From Carcharhinus amblyrhynchos (Eukaryota): a DNA stretch of 64,000 nucleotides. Positions 10,657 to 22,600 of this stretch are shown piece by piece (the stretch's first letter is position 1; every line of letters begins with the position of its first letter). The stretch is from NCBI GenBank assembly GCA_965287045.1, contig OZ336899.1:32984001-33048000 (forward strand), read 5' to 3'. Under the pieces are notes generated by a model. That model searched no databases. It had not been told where the DNA came from and saw nothing but the letters and a program-made list of their open reading frames with translations. The translations under genes and the position numbers were made by a program.

Positions 10657-13600
10657 CTGTTTGGAGGGAAGAAACGGAGAAGGAACAAACTGTTAGCATT
10701 TTGCAATGCAAAGGGTAAAACAATTAATTATTCACATTAAGGACAGATTTGTTTAAAGTCATGAAAGGAAGGGACAGAGTAGATAGACACAGAAGCACTG
10801 GAGTGTAGGACAAGTGGACATAGATACAAGATTAAACGTAAGAAATTTAATGCAGTGACTAAGAGGCATGTTTAAAAAAGCACAAATCTTTGCAAGACTG
10901 TGGAATGTACTACTGAGGTTAGTGGTTAAATCAGAGACCATGGCAAGTTCTAATAGGTTAGGGGGACAGTTAAGAGGAGGATGAAGAGATATGGGGACAG
11001 GGTGGATTCATGCAACTGGGATTATTGCTGATGGGGAGAATGATGGGGAGGAGCACGGGTTGCTCCTATCTAAGACACTACAAAACATAGATTATTTTTG
11101 TATAGATTAGTTAATTTAAAATCTTTATCCAATTTCCATCCTTACCTGAAACCCACATTTTCTAGTTGGGGGTCACAGCATAACAAACAGAATGGCGATT
11201 GTGGCTAATTCTAACCCCTCACCCCACTCATTAACCCAAGAATGGGGAAGTCAAATACATGCTATTGCACCATCTTAAGATCAACCAACACAGCAAGGAT
11301 TCCCTTGGTTCATATAGCTCAGCGCTATATAATTCTGCATCTTACTTACTGAGCCCTTGAAGTTCCTTAATGTAAGCCACTAAATTCAAAACCAATGGCA
11401 ATTAAACCTATTTTAAAAAGTACTGTATGCATAGAATTAGGCCACAATCATTTTTAAAGGAGTGAAAATTCATGGGCTGAATTTAAACCTATTTTAAAAG
11501 TACTGTATGCATAGAATTAGGCCACAATCATTTTTAAAGGGGTGAAAATTCATGGGCTGATGTGTGAATACTTCAAAGGCCAGTTAACATTAATCCGCAC
11601 ATTTATATTTACATTTCTAAGGTAGAGTATTTAAATAATTTGCTGTTGTTGGCAGCATGAAGAGAAAGGGCAAAAGGGAAGAAAAGACAGATAAGTGATA
11701 GCGAGATCATATTCCATAAAACTGGCACTTTACTTTCCCAGCAGTAAAGAAGCTGATAGAATACTTACTAGGGGGTTGATCAAGTTTTACTATTAATGCT
11801 TGTAGTGCATAAAGTGCTTGTAATTCTCTTTCAATGTCGGAGTTAAGGTACTTGAGTAACAATCGCAATCTCTGCTGTATAATGTTTGCATCTACCCGAC
11901 TTGGAGCTCCTTCCCCTAGAGGTAAAAATACAATATTGGAAAAGGACACACAAGTGTACACAAGTATCAGAAGAAATGTCTTAGCCCTAGATGAAGTGGC
12001 AGCATCTGTTAACACTTGATTTAGGCACAATAACTTTCTTGGATTACACAGAACATTTCAATGTACTATATTCATATGAATTTTTAAAATGTAAATTTTA
12101 AAGCAAGCCCACATGAATGCCCCTTTCTGTAACTTCCACGTTTTTATTTTATCTTCCACAATATATTAAGGCCCAAATCCTGGCTCAGATTTAGCAGCAT
12201 GAACATCACCTTGCTCCACTTAATCTTTGTTCAAGCGCGTATCACAAATGCGGGTCACCTTGTGGACACAAATAGCATGGCTGTTTTAAATGAAAAACTA
12301 GCCTGGATTTCTCTTCTAGTCCTAAGCATCAAATAAACTGAAAACAAAAGAAAGCCATCTCACTTCATCCATCCGTAGAGCAAGGCCGTTCAGTTGAATC
12401 AGGTTGCTTTCACACAGAGATGAGTGGAATCTTGAAACAACTCCACCAAAAAGCTTTAATGCTGGGTCGATTTTACATTTCCAGGATTTGGAATGGTAAT
12501 TTTTTTCTAATTAGGAAAGGCGTAAGTGGTAATGGAGCAATGTGGAAGACCAGCAATAATCTAACTGAATGGTGGAGCAAGCACATGGAGCTGAAATACT
12601 TCACTGTCTTGAGAAAGTTATCCCTCCCCCTCAAGAAACTGTGCCCCCATTTTGCCCAACTTGAAACCATTTATAATCCATTTAAAACAAAATTATGTGA
12701 TGTTGCATCAACAAGTAAACCACTCTACGAACCTGAAGACTGAGAGGAGCTTCAATGCCATTATCTAGTTGCTGATCTGAATTGTACCATCATTATTGAC
12801 AATGTGGCCTCTCTTCCCCCAAAGAACAGAGGGTGCAGTGGCCCTAAGATCCTGTGGATCTGATAACCTGGAGCTTTTATTGTAAATAATACCACCAATT
12901 AATAGATATGGGTGCTTAAAACCCAATCAGGAATACATTAACATTGTGCATTAAAAAACCCTCAAACTTACACGTTCCTGCAATGTGCTGGAATTCCATT
13001 TGGTGATTTTCTCATTGGGTTACATGAGCAGTCACAAAACATCAAAGCAAAATATGTCCTGCTGCTCTCTCCCTCACTAGGTCCCATTCATTAGATAACA
13101 CACACAGCTACGCAGTGTCAAATCACAAAATAAATAGAAACATGACTTGTTTCTAGGCCAATGTCACAACCCACCCCGCCCCCTCCCATTAACTGTTAAA
13201 AGATATACTGATGTATCACCCATAATAGAGAAATGGCACCACTATACAAGATGGCTTTGATGAGATGAGAAGCCCATCGTGGAGGTCTGCGATCCTCTAG
13301 CACTGCACTTCAAATTATCTTCCGGCTTCCGCTGTCTAAATCTTTTCACTGGAAAAAACAGCTACATCTCGTTGATCAGTTGCCACTTTTATCTCTATCT
13401 TTTCTCAGAAGCACCAAGATCATTTATTTATTTTACACGCTGCACACTTGTTATGGCAAACCGTATCACCAGCATTTAAAACAGTCATTTATGAAGGACA
13501 TGGAGCCTAGAGTTTTATTTTCTCATATTCGAAACTACAACTTAAATATTGTTGGAACCTTGGAGTTTAATAGACATCAAATCATTTCTAAAAGTTTAGA

Positions 13601-16600
13601 TTAAATTTGCACGTGTTATAGGTCATGGGATATCATAAGTGAACAACAGTTATGTAGATAACCAAATAAAAACCGAAGTAAGTGGCAAGTTGGAAACAAA
13701 GGCATCATAAAGAGGTTGCTAACTTTTACCTGTAATAGCTGATCTACAAACTGTTGTCATTAAAGCTCTAAGGAATGTAGATGAACCAATCTGTGACTCA
13801 TCTAAATTAGCCTGAAGGAAGAAAAAGAAATCATTTTAGAATTGGACATCAAGAACCTAACTTTAAAACACAGCACTTAAGAAAGGACAGTGAGCCGTGG
13901 TGCAAAGGAATTCCATTTTAACGATTCTTCTCAGAATTCAGTTCATTTAACTTGCAATGTTACCATTAGCAACTCAAGGTAATTCCTTTTTTTTGTATAA
14001 AAGAGGGCATTTTTATAGCAGCAGTTATAGAACGTTAACAGCAATAGTTTCCATTGTTCAGTGATGTGGTGATGAAAGGGTACAAATGTGTCACTTAGAA
14101 GGGAAGTTTGATAAATTTTGGTATGCAAAAGGTGGAGTTCTATAGAATTCTGTCATAAACAAGAGAATTAGGCAGTTTAAAACAAACATCCAGAGAGTGA
14201 CCAGGTGGCTTGTGGAGAAAAACATATTCAGTCACTGAGTAAATTCAATGAATATATTCCTAGATATTAAGGGGTATGGGAATAGTGCAGGAAAATCATG
14301 TTGAGCTAGGAGATCAGCCATGTTGTTGTTGAATGATGGAACAGGTTCAAGGGTTGGATGGATTACTCCTAGTATCATAGAATCCCTACAGTACAGGAGC
14401 TGTAATTTGGCCTATGAAGTCGGAACTGTCCACAATCCCACCCAGACCCTATTCCCGTAACCCCACACATTTACCCTGATAATCCCCGACACTTGAGGGG
14501 CAATTTAGTGTGGCCAATCAACCTAACCTGCACATCTTTGAGCATTCTGTTCTTATTTCCTATGTTCCTAGGACCTACTCTTATATTTCTATAAAAATAT
14601 CCGGCATCTCATGACAATGTCCCAATGCATGTTACAGTCAATACTGTTAAAGCAATCACTTGTAATGCTGGAAATATAGTAAGCAAATATGCTTTTCTCT
14701 CAAACTGTAGCGTGGGGATTTTTCCTGCCCATTTCAGGTGGCAGATTTGGTTTAAAGTGACAGCCAAGATGCAATATTACCCTCAGAACTGCACTGGAGT
14801 GTCAGTCAAGATTTTGTGATTAAGACTCCAGAGTGTGATTCGATTCTACAGTCCTCTGATTCAGATGGGAGTATATGACATCTTAAATTGTTTTAGCATT
14901 TAAATAGCTCAAGTTACAAACTTAGGTTTGTTAAAAACCAACAACAGATGTGAGCCCTGATTACAGAAAGAAAAAAATTAAAAAACTGGTGTTGGAAATT
15001 TGACCCATAGGACCACAAAATGGGTCTGAAATACCAAGTGAAAATATATTTGTGTTTTTACCACAAAATGTTTGTGTTTTTCTTGTTTTATATGTAGAAA
15101 TCTGTATTCTTGCTTCAGAAGTTTGAACCAAATGGGGTAATAATGAAAAGTTGTCACCATGTTAATTCTTCAACTATTCTATTGTTTGAGGTGAGGAAGC
15201 TCCTCAGGTATTCATAATCAAACTCAGCTTCTACTGATCGAGACAGGTTTGTCCATCCTTTCCACCTGGGGCTAGGGGTCCACATTTCAATCCTACTGGG
15301 GGCCGATCAACAAATTTTGGAAAGGCTTGACATAACATTAAACAAGAATTTTTAAAAAAGCTGACATATGAAAAGGAAACAATTGCTAAGCAGAAGAAAA
15401 AATTATAAATTCACAATAAAAATGAATAGTAATGACGACCATCACTGTGAAAGAATTGGGGGGAGGGGGTCGTGGTGGTGGAAGTGTGTCTAGCTCAGTC
15501 CCAGACTCAGGTGTTCACTTGATCTCAGAGAGCGCCTTGTAGGTGTGTGCAGGTGAGGGCGAATGATAACCCTGAGAATAATGAGCCAGACACATTCACC
15601 CAGCCACCCCCTCGCACTCATCTGCTCAGTCACCCTCCTGCCCACTATTCCCTTGATCAGTGCCAACCTCTCGCCCTTGCTCACTCAGCTACCTTCTCAT
15701 TTTTGCCCACATCCACTCACTCACTCACCCTCCCCTCCCCTCCAATTCAGCCACTCTCCCGCCTACTCCCTCGCCCATTCGGCAACCCCCCTCCTGAACT
15801 CAGCCTCCATTCGCTCACCCAGCCACACTTGCCCCCATTTGCTCACCCAGCCACACACGTCCCCATTTGCTCACCCAGCCACACACGTCCCCATTTGCTC
15901 ACCCAGCCACACACGTCCCCATTTGCTCACCCAGCCACACACGTCCCCATTTGCTCACCCAGCCACACACGTCCCCATTTGCTCACCCAGCCACACACGT
16001 CCCCATTTGCTCACCCAGCCACACACGTCCCCATTTGCTCAACTCAGCCACACTCGCCCCCATTTGCTCAGCCACCCTTGAACTCATTCCCTCACTTAGC
16101 CTCCCTCACACATACCCATGCTCATATACTCAACCTCAGCAAATCAGCTGGGAATGGAGAGCAGAAGAGCGAGGCCTGATACCTAATGACACTTGCTAGT
16201 GCTGAGAACCGGGGAAACACTGGAACAATCAGGGAGAATTGTGGAATGTCAGATCAGAGTATCAGGAGCACTGGGAGTGGGGCGAAGGGGCCGGAGCAGA
16301 GCACTGGGAGTGGGGCGAAGGGGCCGGAGCAGAGCACTGGGAGTGGGGCGAAGGGGCCGGAGCAGAGCACTGGGAGTGGGGCGAAGGGGCCGGAGCAGAG
16401 CACTGGGAGTGGGGCGAAGGGGCCGGAGCAGAGCACTGGGAGTGGGGCGAAGGGGCCGGAGCAGAGCACTGGGAGTGGGGCGAAGGGGCCGGAGCAGAGC
16501 ACTGGGAGTGGGGCGAAGGGGCCGGAGCAGAGCACTGGGAGTGGGGCGAAGGGGCCGGAGCAGAGCACTGGGAGTGGGGCGAAGGGGCCGGAGCAGAGCA

Positions 16601-19600
16601 CTGGGAGTGGGGCGAAGGGGCCGGAGCAGAGCACTGGGAGTGGGGCGAAGGGGCCGGAGCAGAGCACTGGGAGTGGGGCGAAGGGGGCCGGAGCACAGCA
16701 CTGGGAGTGGGGCGAAGGGGGCCGGAGCAGAGCACTGGGAGTGGGGCGAAGGGGGCCGGAGCAGAGCACTGGGAGTGGGGCGAAGGGGCCGGAGCAGAGC
16801 ACTGGGAGTGGGGCGAAGGGGCCGGAGCAGAGCACTGGGAGTGGGGCGAAGGGGGCTGGAGCACTGGGAGTGGGGTGAAGGGGCCGGAGCAGAGCACTGG
16901 GAGTGGGGCGAAGGGGGCCGGAGCACTGGGAGTGGGGCCGGAGCACTGGGAGTGGGGCGAAGGGGCCGGAGCACAGCACTGGGAGTGGGGCGAAGGGGCC
17001 GGAGCAGAGCACTGGGAGTGGGGCGAAGGGGGCTGGAGCACTGGGAGTGGGGTGAAGGGGCCGGAGCAGAGCACTGGGAGTGGGGCGAAGGGGGCCGGAG
17101 CACTGGGAGTGGGGCCGGAGCACTGGGAGTGGGGCGAAGGGGCCGGAGAACAGCACTGGGAGTGGGGCGAAGGGGCCGGAGCAGAGCACTGGGAGTGGGG
17201 CGAAGGGGGCCGGAGCACTGCATTGGGAGTGGGGCGAAGGGGGCCGGAGCACTGCATTGGGAGTGGGGCGAAGGGGGCCGGAGCACTGCATTGGGAGTGG
17301 GGCGAAGGGGGCCGGAGCACTGCATTGGGAGTGGGGCGAAGGGGCCGGAGCACAGCACTGGGAGTGGGGCGAAGGGGCCGGAGCAGAGCACTGGGAGTGG
17401 GGCGAAGGGGCTGGAGCACAGCACTGGGAGTGGGGAGAAGGGGCCGGAGCCCTGGGAGTGGGGCAAAAGGGCCGGAGCACTGGGAGTGGGGTGAAATGGG
17501 GGACCACACGATTCAGAATCTTCACATCCTCGCAGTTACCAGGATTCACCACTCCTCTAATGAAAGCCTGTTTTCTGTCCAATGTTAATTGCTGATATCA
17601 GCAGAAACAAGGGAGACAAACAGAATGTCACTGGAGGAACAATGCTCTGCATAAATCTTCAAACTCACTGATCCTGCCTGCCTTTATTATATATGAAAAA
17701 CCAATAAAAGTTAATGGAATATGCCAGTGCAGCATGAATAGTGGATGTCACAGAAACCTTGGCATTAAAGAAAACTGAAGAAAAATCAGATTCCTGACTG
17801 AATGATGGCATATTATTTAAGTTTATGCCTTTTCATGTGTAATATAAACCTCATACAAACAGCAGTTACAATAATCTTACACACCTGCATGCCAATGTTA
17901 ACTTCCACTTGTTTTATGATCCACATGCAAGTGTCCCAGTAGTTGTAGATTTACCCATTAAGTGGGAAAAGAGAGCATTTAAACTATTGCTCCGACAACA
18001 TTAACTATTACAGATCAAAGAAAGGTAATGAGACATGGGGAATATAATTTCTCAGGGTGATGGTGAGTTATTTTAATAGTCTTATCAGAAAGTGATAATG
18101 CTTGCTGTAAATCTAGCATGATGATCAATTTAAGAAATTAGCACAGAGCTCCACAGTCCAAGGATCTTACAGTTTAAGAATTCAACCTACTTCTACCCAG
18201 TCAAAGATTTGCTCATTGCTAGCCTTGTCTTCGATTATAAGTTTTTCTAGCCACTTGTTCAGTTCTTCAGCAGATAGCTCCATTTTTGAAAGTGCTTCAG
18301 TAGGACTCGAAACATCTGATACAGTAAACTCCAATTTCTGCAAAGGAATCACAACATTGATATTCTTTCAATCTTCAGTGAAAGAGCTCAGACAACATCC
18401 ACATCACAAATAATCCAAAAACCTGGTTATTCTTTGAAGTATCTGTCTCTACCATTTCGCACTTAGAAATTCAAAATAATTACCAATGATTTCATCTGTC
18501 TGGATATTCACTTTAACTAAAAACTAGATTTTAGTCATAAATGGTGGTAAATGCTAAGGCTCTCTAATCTTACTGCCACAGTGGGGTCCGTTGGTGATTC
18601 AACAATGGAATTCAAAAAATGCTGAGCAGACGGTGCCTGGGGTTCTAGAACCATACAATTTGAAATATTACAAGGCTCTTGTGTCACACCAGGAAAAATA
18701 AAATGGAGGTAAAATTAGTTTAAGGAAGTTAAACAGATTATTTGATACTAATCACTTTCTAATTTAATACTAACCATTTTCTAATCTAGTACTATAGGCA
18801 TTCTAGAGATTGGTATATTTACAAAAAACGTCAACATCCATATTGTATTCTGAAATTTAAGGACATAAAACCAGGTCTAATGAATCCTTGAACCTGCTTT
18901 GCAATTCATTATGAATTGATCTTTGTCTCATCTCCACTTTCTTGCCTGGTCTCCATGATCTTTGACTCCCCAACACTTCAAAAACGTATAACTTGGCTTT
19001 TAATATAGTCAATGACTACAGCTCCACAGGTCTTTGGGATTGAGAATTCCAAAGATTCATGACTCCCAGAGAAGAAATTTCTTCCCATTTCTGAGTTAAA
19101 TGGGTGACTCCTTTATTTTGAAACCTTGTCTCCTAGTTCCACCTTTCCATGCAAGGGGAAACATCCTCTTGGTATCTACTACCCTGTCAAGTCCCTATAG
19201 AATCTTTGTACATTGCAATAAGACCACCCTCTCATTCTTCTGAAGCCCTTTCCTCTTAAGGCAACCTCTTTATCCCAGGAATCAATCAAGTGAATGTTTT
19301 TTAAAAATATAACATGGAACAGGAATAACAAATACACGAGACTGGATAATATCAAACCTCAATTCTAACATTCACAGCTGTTCTGATCGTGGTTTTGTTA
19401 TTACCAGAAAAATGACCCTTTCATCTGTGTTCCAGTTTTTAGTGGAGTATAGTGTAAGTCTATGAGCAATGAAATAGTACTGAAAAATCTACAATCAAAG
19501 CAAAGATGTTGGCACTTTGCTCAGGGTAAGGTTATAGAAAGGTCTTGAAACTGCACTCACAAGTGAGCCAAACACTTCTTAAAGCCATTATATCTTAGAA

Positions 19601-22600
19601 CAGAATATACATATCATTTACCTGCTGAAAATAATTATCTGGCCATCTATTAATTTAGAAACTTTGCAATGATCCATTGTGGTAGTGAAATAACTGTTTA
19701 ATTTGCAATATTTCCATTGGATTTCTTGATTTTATCTTGCCAAATTTCTCTTTCCTGTAAGTGTCGATTGTTCTGAGATTTTGTTTCACAGATGCTTGTC
19801 AACAGCCCTTATAGTGTGTTTCAATCGTAGCCCTTTTTGGGACTATTCTAGATCAGGCAGAAGTATCTAACCCCCGTTAATTTCAGGTGGAAAAAATCAG
19901 AATGCAAGGACATTTAAATGGGTGCTCTTAGTCCGATCAGTTGCTCTCTGAAGGAGATGAGCCATCCCAGATTACCTTTTTCCTGATAGCCTTTTACTTT
20001 TGAAAAAGTATGAGCCAAACTATTAATTTTCCCAGATATTATAAAGGACCTGGGTTTAAGTACTCAGCTAATTATTCCCGTACCAGAAGGAAATAGGAGT
20101 GGGGCTCTTCGAGTCAGTGACACAAAAAGCCATGTAGGAAAACATACATTTTAAAATACGCAGACATTAGCAATACAATTTTTTAGATGGAAAGCATTAA
20201 TGGTGACACAAGATAAACCTAGATAGAGAAAAAATAATCAGGGCCTTATTTTTAATATAGATTACTAGTTTAAATTAACTTGGAGATATTTTAAGAATGA
20301 TATCCATCAAATATTAAATCTTAAACCTTAATCTCTAAGTCTTGCTCGACCAATGAAAGAAATCTGAATCCAATTAAATTATGTTCCCATATTTACAGTA
20401 AGTTTTGGAGGCTGTGGAGTTAATTTCTTATCTAGATAGGTGTTTCCTTAATTGAAACATTTAGTTTCCCATATTTAGTGAAAAGACCCATCTCTTATAA
20501 TGGAAGTACCTGTTCAATTCTACTAAATAATGCCCTGGTCTGCTCTTGGAAGATGAGGCCGAGGTCGCAGTCATGTTCATCAATGTTTTCCCTCAGTCAC
20601 AGGATGGCTTTGAACGAGATGGCAAGACTTGGGACCTAAGAATATCCACTCCTTAGCCCAGAATACGTAGATTAGTTGTAATGCTCCGAAGTGCTGCTAC
20701 CACAGCTGCTATCAATTAACTCAGGAAAGACCCAACAGTGAATGAAGCCTATTGCCATACTGGTCTGAAAACAGCCAATCTCATTTGTTCTCAGAAGCTA
20801 AGACTCAGACCTAGCTGTACATGGATGGGAGGCTACCTGGGAACAACAGATGCATTAAACTTTGGAGGAAGACGGTGGTGATTTGGTAATGCCATTGGAC
20901 CAGTAATCTGGGGACAGAGGTTCAGGTCCCATCTAGTGGAATTAAAAAGTAGAGAGTTACTGCATCAGAAATTATGACACTGGGTTGTGCCTTTATGCAT
21001 AAAGGGATTACTGAATTAAAAATTAAAACTGAATGCTGAATCGAATAATCTGCAGACATCCTTCTTTCACTTGGATACACAGAACAAGTGAGGAAAATAA
21101 AAATTGCATCTGTCATTCTCTCAATTTCCACTTAAAAAGATAAACCACATTAGGTCTTGTCTGCAGTAATGACTCAGACTCTACAATTATGTATAAACTG
21201 CCTTAAACATCTGGGTCCATGTAACATCTTACTAAAAGAAAAGGCAGTATTTTTGGACAAGTGAAGCACACGCTAAACTAAAGGGAGAGTTTAGTAAATA
21301 TATAATGAATTTCAAATTACAAGTCTCCTCCTTTCATGATGACTTACAGTCTGATATTGAAATGTTCAGTTCCATATTCGAAACCTAGAAACTGCAAAAC
21401 ATTAAATTTGCTGGGAGGCGCAGTGTAGCTTAAACTAGTTCCAATATATTGATGGTTTCATTCCTTACAATAAAATGTTTAAAACTTATATTCTGCAGAT
21501 TAAAGAAAAGATCTATTACATTATTATACAGCTCTCCAGAGGTAAAAACCATGAATATTTAAATATGTTCCAGCACATATCTATTCCTAATTCAGTCATA
21601 TCTAAAGTGAAGGAAATATTATTTTCTTACTGTCGATGACTACTGTCAATGCTCAGCTCAGGCTAATTTAAATAACTTGTACAGGCAGTTACACTATTTC
21701 CAATACATTTGCTAGAGGAGAAAAGAATGTTGGAGGTCATGGGGGCTTCAGCAAATATCTATTACAAGTAAAACTAAAAAGCGTGGGAAACACTCAGCAG
21801 GTCAGGCAGCATTTAACCTTTCAGGCTATAGAGTGGAATGGATTAGAGTCATAGAGGTTTACAGCATGGAAACAAGACCCTTGGCCCAACTTGTCTATGC
21901 CGCTCCCCTTTTTCAAAATCTCTAAGCTAGTCCCAATTGCCTGCATTTGGCGATATCCCTCTATACCCATCTTACCCATGTAACTCTCCAAATGCTTTTT
22001 AAAAGACAAAATTGTACCCACCTCCAGTACTACCTCTGGCAGCTTGTTCCAGACACTCACCACCCTCTGTGAAAAAATTCCCCCTCTGATGACTTTTGTA
22101 TCTCCCCTCTCACAAACCTATGCCTTTTAGCTTTAGACTTCCCTGCCTTTGGGAAAAGATATGACTATTTAGCTGATCTATGCCCCACATTATGTTATAG
22201 ACCTCTATAAGATCACCCTTCAGCCTTCTATGCTCCAGAGGAAAAAATCCCAGTCTATCCAGCTTCTCCTTACAACTCTCAAACCATCAAATCCCAGTAG
22301 CATCCTGGTAAATCTCTTCTGCGCTCTTTCTAGTTTAATAATATCCTTTCTATAATAGGGTGACCAGAACTGTACATAGTATTCCAAGTATGGCTTTACC
22401 AATGTCTTGTACAACTTCAACAAGACACCCCAACCCCTGTATTCAATATTCTGACCAATGAAACCAAGATGCTGAATGCCTTTTCACCACTCTGTCCACC
22501 TGTGACTCAGTTTTCAAGTAGCTGTCACCTGAACCCCAAGATCTCTTTGTTCTGGAACTCTCCCCAGTGCCCTATGAGCAACTGAGTAAGTCCTGCCCTG

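Noticed and set aside
15547-16199. Pro/His/Thr-rich ORFs of 110-210 aa
   Set aside because: Translation of the 28-bp minisatellite and C-rich flank
16266-17495. CRISPR-like array (about 33-bp periodicity)
   Set aside because: Units are contiguous with no unique spacers; vertebrate context and no cas genes
16186-17595. Long ORFs (171-449 aa) on both strands
   Set aside because: The 33-bp unit has no stop codon in any frame; the peptides are pure 11-aa repeats inside an EIF4G3 intron
20747-20863. Functional 5S rRNA gene
   Set aside because: Solitary, many substitutions and small deletions in the internal control region and stems; treated as a pseudogene or SINE head
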